From: Waterburya sp.
GTDB taxonomy: Bacteria; Cyanobacteriota; Cyanobacteriia; Cyanobacteriales; Xenococcaceae
Assembly (NCBI GenBank): GCA_965217895.1
Contig: CBDCJV010000002.1
Coordinates: forward strand, 2,560,001 to 2,624,000
Reading direction: 5' to 3'
DNA: 64,000 nucleotides
Shown: positions 1 through 10,362 of the stretch, piece after piece
Position numbering within the stretch: the first letter of the stretch is position 1
Layout: each line of letters opens with the position of its first letter
Program-made: the position numbers and the translations under genes
The notes under the pieces: model-generated
Told to the model about the DNA's origin: nothing
Seen by the model: the letters and a program-made list of their open reading frames with translations, nothing else
The model's database searches: none

Positions 1-2
1 AT

Positions 3-275
3 AACCTTGATGAACTAGAAACGAATTCAGAAGAACAAGAAGCAAACCAACTAGCTCGTGATTGGCTAGTGAACGAACAGGCTTTAAATTCTTTTGTAGC
101 TCAAACCAAGCCAAAATTTTCCAAAAAAGCAGTAACTAATTTTGCTCAATCACAAAATAGGCATCCAGGTATTATTCTCGGTCGTCTTCAGCATGAGGGT
201 TTAGTTCCATATCAAAACTTACGGATATTGCTTAATAAAGTTAAACCGTTTTTGTCTGAGTGGATTTATGATTGA
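3..275 (+). CDS. C-terminal part of a HigA-type HTH / ImmA-IrrE (M78) peptidase-domain protein (runs off window start)
   Basis: Frame is open from position 3: ...EEQEANQLARDWL...HPGIILGRLQHEG..Y..L. The E.EAN.(F/L)A and HPGI..GRLQ motifs are typical of this family. Confidence 0.6.
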   Translation, partial: NLDELETNSEEQEANQLARDWLVNEQALNSFVAQTKPKFSKKAVTNFAQSQNRHPGIILGRLQHEGLVPYQNLRILLNKVKPFLSEWIYD

Positions 276-347
276 GCTTACTTTACCCAATAAATAATTT
301 GGAAATTCACTTGAGATAATTCATCATTCAGCAAACAAGCTCAATTA

Positions 348-2693
348 TTAGGAAGGTTTTTGACTTCGTTCTTTTAATTCTTTCAAATTATAATTAACGC
401 TCGTCACGCCAAAATCAGGCTCTTTTTGAAATGGTTGTCGGAGATAATAAACGTTGGAATTATCTCCTTCAGTTAATTCTTCAGAAGTCGGAACTTCCAC
501 CACTGCCAAAATATAGTTATCTGGTTTATTCAAAGCAGTAATAATTTCATTATTGGTAACTGTAACTGTCTCTGCACCTTCAATTCTGCCTTTTACCTCA
601 ATAAACCTTAACGCTCCTGTTTCGGGAATACGCGACTCAACATCGTAACCACATTTAAAGCTGCTGACATCTTTTGGTTCATAACCTAGTTTTTTCTCTA
701 CTGCCATTACTGCATTCATAGCAAACATTTCTACCCGTTTGGTTTCTCTAGCAAACATCTGAGCTTTGGCTTCGCTTTTGCCCTGTAATTTCTGTAGCAA
801 GCCCATTGGTATAACTAATGCCCCTCCTACTACTACAGGTGGTAGGGGAGATAAGCGTCTTTCTTGCTGTAGTTCGTCGATACGTCGGGCTAATCTAGCC
901 TGTAGTTCATCTGCTCTAACTCTAGCTTTAGCCGAGTTGATTTTAGCGTTGGGTTTTCCCGCTTCTTCCTGATACTTGAGTTCGGCTGCACGATAATCCC
1001 AATAGTTGATTTCCTTGGTCAGTCTGTCTTTAACTGCTACTAGGGTTTTATTAATTAGTTCTTCTTTGTGCTGCTTGACCTCTTGCAGATGTTGGGGAAC
1101 TATCTGGGAAATGGCATATTTGGTTGCTTCGGCTTCAATATCCGTCGGTAAATTAGATTCTTCTAAGAAGGTTTTTATAACTGTTTGTTCGTCTTCAAGT
1201 AAAGGTCGATAGTCGAGATAGGGAGCATAACCAGCATTGCGGATGGTTGTTTGTTTATCGTCAGTCGAGGACTTTAAATCGTCCAAGATAATCTCTACAT
1301 ACTGCATTCGGCGAGAAACAATCCTTCGTTTCCCCGATAGATCGGTTTTAGCATCTTGAATTGAATGCTGGAGCGTAACTAAGATTCTTACTTCTTCGCT
1401 ATAGTCATTTTCATCTATTAAAATACTTCCACGCTTTAGCACATCTCGATGACGCTCTAAAACTAGATCGATGGTAGCATCCAGTAAAGGATGACCAGGA
1501 CAAACAAAAGCAGCTAAGGGCTTACCTGGAACACTAATTAATTCCTTGTCAAAACAAATACGTTCGTAGCGGGTTAAAATTGGCTCTCTAGTACCAATTT
1601 GACGACCGCGATTGCGAATCAAGGCAGGAACATTACTGATTTGATAGCGTTTGGGTTCTCGTTGACGAATTACTCCTCCTAGATGTTGGAAGGCTTCAAT
1701 AAAGAATGAGCCGATAAAATGGGGTTGCAGCTTTCTAGCTTCGGCTCGTTCCATTTCTTCGCGAATGCGCTGAATCTTGGTAATATCCATCGCATTTCGT
1801 GCTAGCACTTTTTCGGAAAGTAAGTCTTGTAACCTTTCTCGATTTAAACGGTTAGAAACTATTTGTTCTAGTTTGGCTCTAGTTTCTGGTAAATCTCCAT
1901 AGCGAATGGCTTCAATTAATAGTTGTCGTAACTCCACACCATCAATCGCTTGACCTAGAACATCAAACACTTTACCTCCCAATGCTTTTTGTTCTACTTC
2001 TAGTTTCTTGAGTAGCTTGAGATATACGTCCCCTTCCCTAGTTTCTGCTGCCAATAAATTCCAGAGGTGACAGACTTCGGTTTGTCCGATACGGTGAATC
2101 CGTCCAAACCTTTGCTCTAGGCGGTTGGGATTCCAGGGTAGGTCATAATTAACCATTAGATGCGCCCGTTGTAGGTTAATTCCTTCCCCCGCAGCATCGG
2201 TGGCAATTAACACCTGAATGTCTGGGTCTTGAGTAAAGGCTTTTTGTGCTTTACGCCGTTCTTCTCTCCCCGAACCGCCACTGATGGTAACTACTGTTTC
2301 TTGTTTGCCGATCAGATTGCGAATGCGATCGGCTAAATAGTTGAGGGTATCCCGATGTTCGGTAAAGATAACCAGTTTGCGCCGATGTCCTCTAACATCA
2401 AATAGTTCGGCTTCATTTTGCAGGATGCGACTGAGTTCTTCCCACTTGCGATCCGTACCACTGAGCTTAACCTGAAGAGCTATTTTCTCCAGCTTTTGTA
2501 GTAAATCTATTTCTACCTTAAGTTCGGCTATGGTTCGCGCAGCAGTGGCTTGGTCAACTAATTCTTCCTCAGTAGTTTCTCGTTCATCATTGAATAGGTC
2601 ATCTTCAAAGTCCTCCCAGTCTTCTTCTTTAACTCCTGGTAAGTTTTGCCAGTTTAACTCTACTTCCTGTCCTCGTTTAACTAATTCTTCTAG
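348..2693 (-). pseudogene. SNF2-family helicase C-terminal half plus DUF3883 (NOV_C) nuclease domain; 5'-truncated
   Basis: Helicase motifs KLVIFTEHRDT, ATDAAGEGINLQ, NYDLPWNPNRLEQRFGRIHRIGQ; C-terminal GYDVES...FIEVKG. Frame stays open upstream of the called start (2213) to 2693 without ATG, then hits TAG. The Walker A/DEAH domain is absent. Confidence 0.85.
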
Positions 2694-3152
2694 CTAAGGC
2701 TGCTTCAATCCTCAAATGCAACTTAGCCACTAGCGTTCTTAAATATCCTGGTTTTGATGCCTTATCTTTAGTTTTATCAATCTTACGAGCGATTGCTTTC
2801 TCTATTGGACTTAGTTCAGACTGATTCATTGCGCGGTTTTTTATTTAGACAATCTATTCATTGTGCCAAATATTTAGCCAGTAAAGCAATTTATTTGAAC
2901 GAAAAAGATTCACTTTCAGTGGAAAAGATTAATTAGAGCATAGCTAGCTGTATACTCATTAAAATTCCACACCTGATGCACCCTTGGTGAGAATAAAATA
3001 AATACAAGCTATTTTTCAAATAAACATAGAAGAGGTATTTTTAGATATTTTGAACATCAACAATAAGATATGTTAACTTGCTTTTTAATAACAGTTATTT
3101 AAGCTCAAAAATGCCAACATAAAATAATAAAAAACAAGCAAAATAATTCAAG

Positions 3153-4891
3153 ATGGTTTGCTCGATTGGTAGACTCTACGCCAAGGTAAACGACTATTTT
3201 CAAGACAATTACTACACTCAAAACCAAGGATTAACCAATAGTCAATGGTATGGACAAGGAGCAGCAATACTCGGTCTTGATAGTCAAGTTGCCACAGAAG
3301 AATATAACAACGCCTATCAGGGACTAGATAGCCAAGGAAATTCTTTACGTCAAAGACAGTCGGGAAAAAAATATAATCCAGGCAGAGATATCACTTTATC
3401 TGCTCCTAAATCAGTAACTCTACTCGGTCTAGTAAAAGAAGATAGAGCAGTAATTAATGCTCATCAACAAGCAGTAAAAACCACTCTTTCTTATGTAGAG
3501 CAGAATTGTATTTTTACCAGAACGGGAAAAGGAGGAGTCAATCATATTCAGACCGACAACGCTTTATTTGCTGTCTTCCAACACGACGATAATCGCAACC
3601 TAGATCCTCAACTCCATAGCCATTGCGTGATTTTTAACCAGACACAAGGCGCAGATGGCAAATGGCGAGCGATGGATAACCGCCAGCTTTACCAGCAGAA
3701 GATGACGATTGGGATGGTTTATCATCATGAGCTTGGTAGAAGACTACAAACTCTAGGATACGGACTGGACTGGAATCGCGATGGCACGTTTGATGTCAGG
3801 GGATACAGCCAATTACAGTTAAAAGAATTTAGTACTCGCCAACAAGAAATAGAACAAGCAGTAGGGCATGAAGCTAATGCAGTAGCTAAGGCTAAAGCTT
3901 GTACCAAGACTCGCCAAGATAAAGTACACCAAGCTGCTGAAGAAAGAGAGGAGCTAAGGCAAATATGGCAGCAGAGATCTGAGTCAATAGGTATCAGCCA
4001 TCCCCAACCCAATTATCAATACAAACATAATCTAAAAGACCAAAGGGAGTTACTAAAAGAAGCTACCGAAGTGGTTGCAGAAAAACAGGTAGCTTTTCCC
4101 AGACATATACTCCTCAAAGAGTCACTAAGACAATCTCAAGGAAAATTTAGTCTGGAAGACTTAGAAAAAGAAATTAACCAAAGTAGGAGCTTAATCCAAG
4201 CCCAGGATGGAAGACTAACAACCCAAGCTGCCATCAACCGAGAAAAACAAACGATCGATCTGGCTATAAGTGGGAAAGATAAATATCTTCCCCTGGCAAG
4301 TTATGAAGCTGCTCATCAGCAAGCCCAGGAGTTAGGACTAAATAAAGCTCAGGCAAATGCTCTGACTCATTTTGTGAATAATCGCGATGGGGTAATACTT
4401 TGTCAGGGAGATGCGGGAGTTGGTAAAACTTACACTGTTAAAGCTTTAAAAGAAACTATCTCTTCTAATACTAAGATGCGTGGTTTAGCCCCTAGTGCTG
4501 CTGCTGCGGGGGAACTAAAAAAAGGCGCAAACATTAACTGTCAAACCCTTGATGCCTATCTAAACATTCCCCTTAAATCTCTACCTCAAAACGAATTAAT
4601 TGTAGTGGATGAAGCGGGGATGATTAGCAGCAGTCAAATGCAAAGTTTATTAAAAAAAGCTCAACAAACCAACTCCCGTATATTGCTAATCGGCGATACA
4701 AAACAGCTTGCTGCGGTACAGGCAGGCTCACCATTTAAATTACTACAAGAGCAAACCAATCTAACCACAGTTGAAATCGATCTCAACGTTAGACAGCAAA
4801 ATTTTCAGCTCAAAGAAGTTGTAGATTTATTGTCGGCAGGAAAAATAAAACAGGGGTATCAAAAGCTTAACGAGCAAGGAGGCGTTACTTA
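3153..4891 (+). pseudogene. MOBF (TrwC/TraI-like) relaxase-helicase, N-terminal part, interrupted by IS982
   Basis: N-terminal DYF..NYY, DITLSAPKSV, HUH motif HDDNRNLDPQLHSH, Walker A QGDAGVGKT, DEAGM, LIGDTKQL. Confidence 0.9.
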
Positions 4892-5900
4892 ACGTGAGTT
4901 CGGGATAAGAGAAGGGACAGGTAGTAAGCTGAAAATAACGACAAATTCAGTAAACCTGCCCTATGTTCAGTTTAGAAGAATTATTTTGTTCTGTTGACGA
5001 TTTTTGCTCTAATTTTGAGCTTGGCTGGAAGCAGCAGCTATTGACACAGGGAAAACGTCGTCTTCGTAATCGCCGATTAAGTTTGAGTGAAATTATGGCG
5101 GTGGGGGACGCTGCTTCGTAAGCAGCTTGTCCAACCACCGCGTTGACTATAGAAATAGCATTTCATTTGTCTGCCTACAAAACTTTCAAGACATTTTACC
5201 TAGAAATTGTTAGCTTCTATTGGCGCGAGGCTTTCCCAAACTTAGTCAGTTATAACCGTTTTGTCGAATGGCAACCAAGCACTCTAATTCCTTTAATGGC
5301 ATATCTTCGCTCCCGTTTAGGAGCAAGTACGGGAATCGGATTTATTGATTCAACGAGTCTAAAAGTCTGTCACAATCGACGTATTAAACAGCATCGAGTT
5401 TTTCAAGCAATCGCTGAAAGAGGAAAAACATCCGTAGATTGGTTTTATGGTTTCAAACTTCATTTGGCAATCAATCACAAAGGAGAATTATTAAATGTAG
5501 CTTTAACAAAAGGAAATATTGACGACCGTAAACCTGTTAAAGAATTACTTCAAGGGCAGTTTGGTCAGTTTTTTGGCGACAAAGGTTACATTTCTGCACC
5601 TTTAGCGCGCGACCTGAGAGCTTCTAACGTCATACTAGTGACTAAATTCAAGAAGAATATGAACAATCGATTGATGACGATGCTGGACAAACAACTATTA
5701 CGAAAAAGAGCAATCGTTGAATCTGTGATTGAACAGTTAAAGCATATCAGCCAGATCGAACACTCTCGTCATCGTTCACCTACTAACTTTGTCGTTAATT
5801 TGCTGGCTGGCTTAGTTGCAAGCTCGCCATCGCTCTAAAAAACCGTCTATTGCCATTGATGACTTCGTTTTATCTGCTTCTGCTTAACCCGAACTCACGT
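4892..5900 (+). mobile_element. IS982-family insertion sequence (1009 bp), degenerate
   Basis: Terminal inverted repeats ACGTGAGTTCGGG (4892) / CCCGAACTCACGT (5900). Removing 4892-5900 rejoins the relaxase in frame (GVTYKQMPID). Confidence 0.85.
4963..5887 (+). pseudogene. IS982-family transposase, broken by a 48-bp insertion with a stop and a 3' frameshift
   Basis: MFSLEELFCSVDDF...LSLSEIM[insertion]TIEIAFH, IDST, WFYGFKLHL, GDKGYIS, RKRAIVESV; the terminal KKPS motif lies in another frame. Confidence 0.85.
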
Positions 5901-6490
5901 TAAACAGATGCCTATCGATAGTTTAAGACTAAAAGCAGTGGTCAATGACTACTTAGCAAGGGATAAAAAAACTCAAACACAAACGTTGATTCTCGCTGGC
6001 ACAAACAAAGAAAAAGATGCCATTACCAAGCAGGTACGTCAAGGACTAGTCGAGCAAGAAAAGCTAAGTCAAGAATCTCGACAGATAGATATTCTCAAAG
6101 CCAAAGATTTAGATAAATTCAGCCTTACCCAAGCTAGTAGCTACGAGGTAGGAGATGTAATTAAATTTGGTTACACTACAGCCAAATTTAAAAAGGATAT
6201 TTACTACCGAGTTGATGCAGTAAATAATAATACAAAAACCCTAACTCTTAGAGATAACCTTGGCAATAAACAGGGTCTAAAGCTCAACTCCTACAAAGAG
6301 CGAACAGTATTTCAATCTCAAGATTTAGAACTGCGTCTAGGAGAACAAATGAAGTTCACTCGCAACCATTATCACAATCAGCAAAAACAAACCAACGCTC
6401 AACAGTTTAGTGTATTGGGCTTCAACACTAATGGACAAATAAAAATACAAACCAAAGGAAAAACTCAAACAGTTAACCCCGATGCCCTTA
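5901..6490 (+). pseudogene. MOBF relaxase-helicase, C-terminal part, truncated
   Basis: TLILAGTNKEK, ELRLGEQMKFTRN helicase-region motifs; ends before the usual T.HSSQG motif. Confidence 0.75.
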
Positions 6491-7198
6491 ACTTCTGTAC
6501 TATCCACTGTCTCAAACTACTGTCAGTTTTACTCTTGTCTAATTCAGCCTCAGAATAAGGCACTAAGTTTTTATGACTGGGGAAGGAGTAATAGTCCTCG
6601 GTGGATCTTTGTCACCTTGAGAGAAGATGAGTCTGAACTATTAAAACCTCTCCACAGTTTGATTTTTGAGTTGATGCTTAAAGGTTTGCTATCAAATGAA
6701 AATCGAACTATCAAGACAGCAATTATTATCGATGAATTAGGGGCGTTAAATCAGTTGCCCAGTTTACATCGTCTACTTAGTGAAAGTCGTAAGTACTTGG
6801 GCTGTCCTATTCTCGGAACTCAAACCGAAGCACAGATTACGAAGGCTTATGGCGCAGAGGATACGCGCATTATTTTGCAGGGGACGAAGACTAAGTTGAT
6901 CCTAAACTGTACTGATCCCCAGACGGCGGAAACAATGGCGAAGATTATCGGCAGACAAGAGTTTATTCACACGAGCGAAAATTATAGTCGCTCTCATCAT
7001 TCTGGTAGGAGTGGAAATGGCAGAACGATTACGAGGAACGAACAATTAAGAGAAAGTTATGCTGTGATGCCCGATGAGTTGGCTAATTTGCCTGACCTTG
7101 AAGGCTATCTAAAGATTGCTGAATATTGCGCTCCTGTTAGATTAAAAAGAAGAAATTTTGCTGTTAGTACTCAAAGATTTATTTCCTTACAGGGTTAA
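6482..7198 (+). pseudogene. Type IV coupling protein (TrwB/TraD-like), C-terminal fragment
   Basis: Walker B IIIDELGAL, ESRKY.G..ILGTQ..AQI...YG, D..TAE.MAK.IG, VMP.EL..LPDLEGYL. No Walker A or N-terminal TM segments. Confidence 0.8.
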
Positions 7199-7520
7199 TC
7201 TACAAATCATCGAAAACAAAGTATTCAAGAACAGTGGAAGGATTTGGAGGAATAAAGAGTTGCCAGCCGTCGGGCTGCGATGGCTCGATCGTAGAATGTT
7301 TAAGATCTTGAAGATCTCTTCGCACGCCCGATTCGCTTTGCCGACTGACTCAAATACTTAATCTCCGTAATGTTCTTCAAAAAGCGATCGCTCAAATTTA
7401 AATTTTTGATTTATTTCGTCTTGCCGAGCAAATCCTCAAAAATCTGCTGAAGAAACAAGCGATGCCTAACGGCTAGCTTCGCAATCGCACCAATAGAGAA
7501 CAAGCTTAATTTTTCTGGTC

Positions 7521-8069
7521 TTACCAGATACCAAATTTACCTTTTTTAGCGATTGTTTCAGCCCAGACTAAATGTTCGGGTTCGCGACAGCGAGAAGCTT
7601 CTTTGATATTCCGACGGGCTTCACCTCTTTCGATCAGCTAGGTGTTGAGATGAATTTCTTGCCCTACTAATTCATTGGGTTTATTAGATACGTGCTTTAC
7701 TAGTTCCACATCGTATCCTGGCTTGAGTGACACCCAAGCTTCATAGCTATTCTTTATTTGTTCGAGTTCTACCGTACCATCTCCCAATCCAATTACAGAC
7801 GTTAGATACTGTTTTGTTACGTTCTCTATAGGTGCAACACCACATAGATTAACGTTTTTAGTTTCATTGTGACTCGTCACAATAAGGCTAGAATCGCTAT
7901 CAATAGTAGTTACTTTCCAGGGAGTCAGATCGATAGTTCTATCTTTAAATTTGAGCCAGTTATCCAAACCAATGATGATTGTAGCTGCGACTATTGAGAA
8001 TATAATTATGGGTTTCTTGAATCTCAAGTAGAACAAGAATAATTTAGCTTGAAGAGTTGATTTTTTCAT
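7521..8069 (-). pseudogene. Thermonuclease (SNase)-like protein with N-terminal TM anchor; internal TAG at 7638-7640
   Basis: Reading through the TAG gives LN..LIERGEA...AE..AKKGKFGIW*, the SNase C-terminal signature. Catalytic DGDT and RL.GID are degenerate (DSDS, NLCGVA). Confidence 0.6.
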
Positions 8070-8124
8070 GGGGTCAAAGATTGGGCAACCTCAAACATCG
8101 CGTCCTTCCCAGTATTCCCAATCC

Positions 8125-8472
8125 TTAAACGGAATCATCTACCCAACCACAGCTAAGACAATCATAGTGAATAATGCGATCGCTTCGATTAAATCTATGT
8201 CTGCATTGAGGACAAACACCAGTAAAAAAAGAATGATTATCTAATATTTCTGTTTGTTCTGACTGGCTATAACGAGAAGGGCGATCGGTAATCAGTTCGT
8301 TACCATATCAAGAATATCCTTGAGGACTCCATTGCTTCTGTACTTCGGCATTAGGGTGTGGTCTAAAGTCCGAACATTTATCAGTCTCCACACCATCTGG
8401 ATGAACGGCACAGACTAAGTGAGGATTGTGAGCATAAAGAGTACAGCGATCGCATTCGGGAATTTTTGACAT
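8125..8472 (-). pseudogene. Cys-rich cyanobacterial hypothetical protein; internal TGA at 8308-8310
   Basis: MSKIPECDRC..YAHNPHLVCAVHP.G; the same frame continues past the TGA as YGNELI...FTGVCPQC...HYDCLSCGWVDDSV*. Confidence 0.65.
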
Positions 8473-8513
8473 AGTATTTTTATCCATAGTTGAGTAGAAG
8501 CGACCGATTTCAA

Positions 8514-9212
8514 TCATAATATAGGTTTAATACAGTCTGGATTATCATTTTTGGGACTGTTGACTGTTTTACTGACTTGGTGCATTTGCAGTTCTACTTC
8601 TGGCAAGGATTCAATTAATTCTTTTCTTCCGTCAAGCTCTCCCAACCAAAGATCGTAATATTGGGCAGAAATAATTACAGGCATTCTGTGATGAATTGCC
8701 GAGGTTGCACCTTTAGCCTCAGAAGTCAAAATTGTACAGGATAAAAGCTTTTCTTCTGTCTCAGAGTCGCTCCAGGTTGACCAGATGCCAGCCAGTGCGA
8801 AAATCCGTTGCGGGGGTTTCCCCCGTTGAGGATATTTCGTAAGACGCGCCAACAATGATTTGTCCTGATAGAAATAGTAAGGCTGTTTGTCCTTCGTCCA
8901 TTCATAAAATCCAGATACGGGAATCAAACAGGGATGCTTCTTAAAACCATCTCTAAAACTAGGCTTTTCTTCAATTGTCTCTACTCGCGCATTAATTAAA
9001 TTGCTTTTCCAAGAATCCAAACTCTTGACCCAACTGGGAATCAAGCCCCAACGCATTAAGACAGCTTCGTTATTCTCGCCAGTATTAATGACAACAGTAA
9101 TGTTTTGAGATGGAGCAACGTTGAATTTAGAGCTATTTAAAGCTACGCTACTACATTTAAACTCTTTTGCTATTTCTGCCTTGGTTGTATCTAGACTAAA
9201 GCGACCGCACAT
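8514..9212 (-). CDS. SOS response-associated peptidase (SRAP/YedK family)
   Basis: MCGRF N-terminus, MRWGLIP, INARVET, GFYEW, IHHRMPVI; carries a 17-aa in-frame insertion. Confidence 0.92.
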   Translation of the reverse strand: MCGRFSLDTTKAEIAKEFKCSSVALNSSKFNVAPSQNITVVINTGENNEAVLMRWGLIPSWVKSLDSWKSNLINARVETIEEKPSFRDGFKKHPCLIPVSGFYEWTKDKQPYYFYQDKSLLARLTKYPQRGKPPQRIFALAGIWSTWSDSETEEKLLSCTILTSEAKGATSAIHHRMPVIISAQYYDLWLGELDGRKELIESLPEVELQMHQVSKTVNSPKNDNPDCIKPIL

Positions 9213-9336
9213 TTATTCAATTCATTAGTAATAACTACAGTATAAATATACTATTAATAACCGATAACTGTTTTGATACTTTCTATCCCTACACTTAAAG
9301 TGCGGAATGCACTGCCGCTTTCCAGCTTGAATACAT

Positions 9337-9495
9337 TCAAGCTGGGTCGGCAGCTTTATCTGCCGTATCGTAGATTTCCTGGGGCTGATATATAGAACCA
9401 TCCCAAAATAAAATCTCATACTGATAGCAAAGGTCGCCAACATAATAAACTACCACGACAGCACCATTAAAACTGATTAAACGTTCGAGCTTCAT
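9337..9495 (-). CDS. Small hypothetical protein, possibly frameshifted at its 3' end
   Basis: ATG-started ORF with protein-like composition, co-oriented upstream of SRAP. Confidence 0.35.
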   Translation of the reverse strand: MKLERLISFNGAVVVVYYVGDLCYQYEILFWDGSIYQPQEIYDTADKAADPA

Positions 9496-9648
9496 AGTTT
9501 TATTTAAGGTTAGACAAGACAAACCGAACCGTTACAAGTATAGTTTTCCCGACCAATTCAATTAATTAGTTGTTAGGGATAAAAGCATTACTATGTATGA
9601 GATGCAAGCCACACTTCTTTATTTTTTACTGGCTGATTAATATATAAA

Positions 9649-9882
9649 TAACGAAAGAAGATAACAGCCCTCAACTTCACGGCAAAGCATCCACAAACAT
9701 CTCTTTGATTAAAAGTTGGGTTATTAACCTACTGAGAGTTCATGGTTTCGATTCTATGACTGAGGCAATCAGTTATTTAAGCCATAATTTGCCATTATTA
9801 CTTTCTTTGTGTCACTGATAGGTGTAGTGAATAGATTTATTCGCGATCGCATCTTCTATTTTGAGAATGAAACAGCCCTACC
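9649..9882 (+). mobile_element. Solo right-end fragment of the ISAs1-family element
   Basis: Near-identical to 16935-17168; ends in the terminal repeat GAATGAAACAGCCCTACC. Confidence 0.85.
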
Positions 9883-10335
9883 AATCTTGGGGGAAACCCC
9901 CCTTCGGGTTCAGCAGTTTGCTTATGCCAGGGAACCCTTTCGACACTTTGCTCAACGGAGGATACCTCCGCAACGCAAGTGTCTCACCACCGCAACTGCT
10001 TCACCACGTCGCCGTCAGGCGCAAGCGTCCGACACGAGGGCATCCCTAAACGGGAAGCCACGCGGACTTGGGAATGCGCGAGATTGGGGTCTGGGGGAAA
10101 GTTCCCCCAGGAACAAATCACGGTTTTCACAGACCAATTTCATTAAGAAATGAGAATAAACATTTTTTCTTGGTTAACATTCCCTTGCTAGAGCAGCGTT
10201 CCTTTGCGAGACAGCGCGTTGTGAAGCCAGTCCTTTGCGGGTGTTCCGCCCGTTGTAGGAACTGGCGCGGGATTCCCCCCATTGTAGCGACTGTCGAGGG
10301 TGCGCCTGACGGCGACGCAGGGTCTGACCGCTAAT
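9883..10335. repeat. Cluster of nested GC-rich short palindromic dispersed repeats
   Basis: Many hairpins (GGGGAAACCCC, CGGAGGATACCTCCG, CTGGGGGAAAGTTCCCCCAG, CGTCGCCGTCAGGCGCA / TGCGCCTGACGGCGACG); sharply higher GC than the flanks. Confidence 0.7.
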
Positions 10336-10362
10336 TCACATTAGGCGTACTAGTATATCTGT

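Noticed and set aside
2830..3152. Exact oriT/nic site
   Set aside because: Position is suggestive, but I could not identify a convincing nic motif or inverted repeat
7200..7450. Possible ncRNA (retron-like or ssDNA origin) after the coupling-protein fragment
   Set aside because: No reverse transcriptase nearby and no clear structure; it reads more like a degraded minus-strand gene
7638..8310. Stop-codon readthrough or an alternative genetic code
   Set aside because: TAG and TGA terminate normal genes elsewhere in the window, and the region is generally decaying
9809..10334. ORFs 9809-10153, 9861-10049 and 10068-10334
   Set aside because: Arg/Pro-rich translations of palindromic repeats and an IS end; no protein motifs
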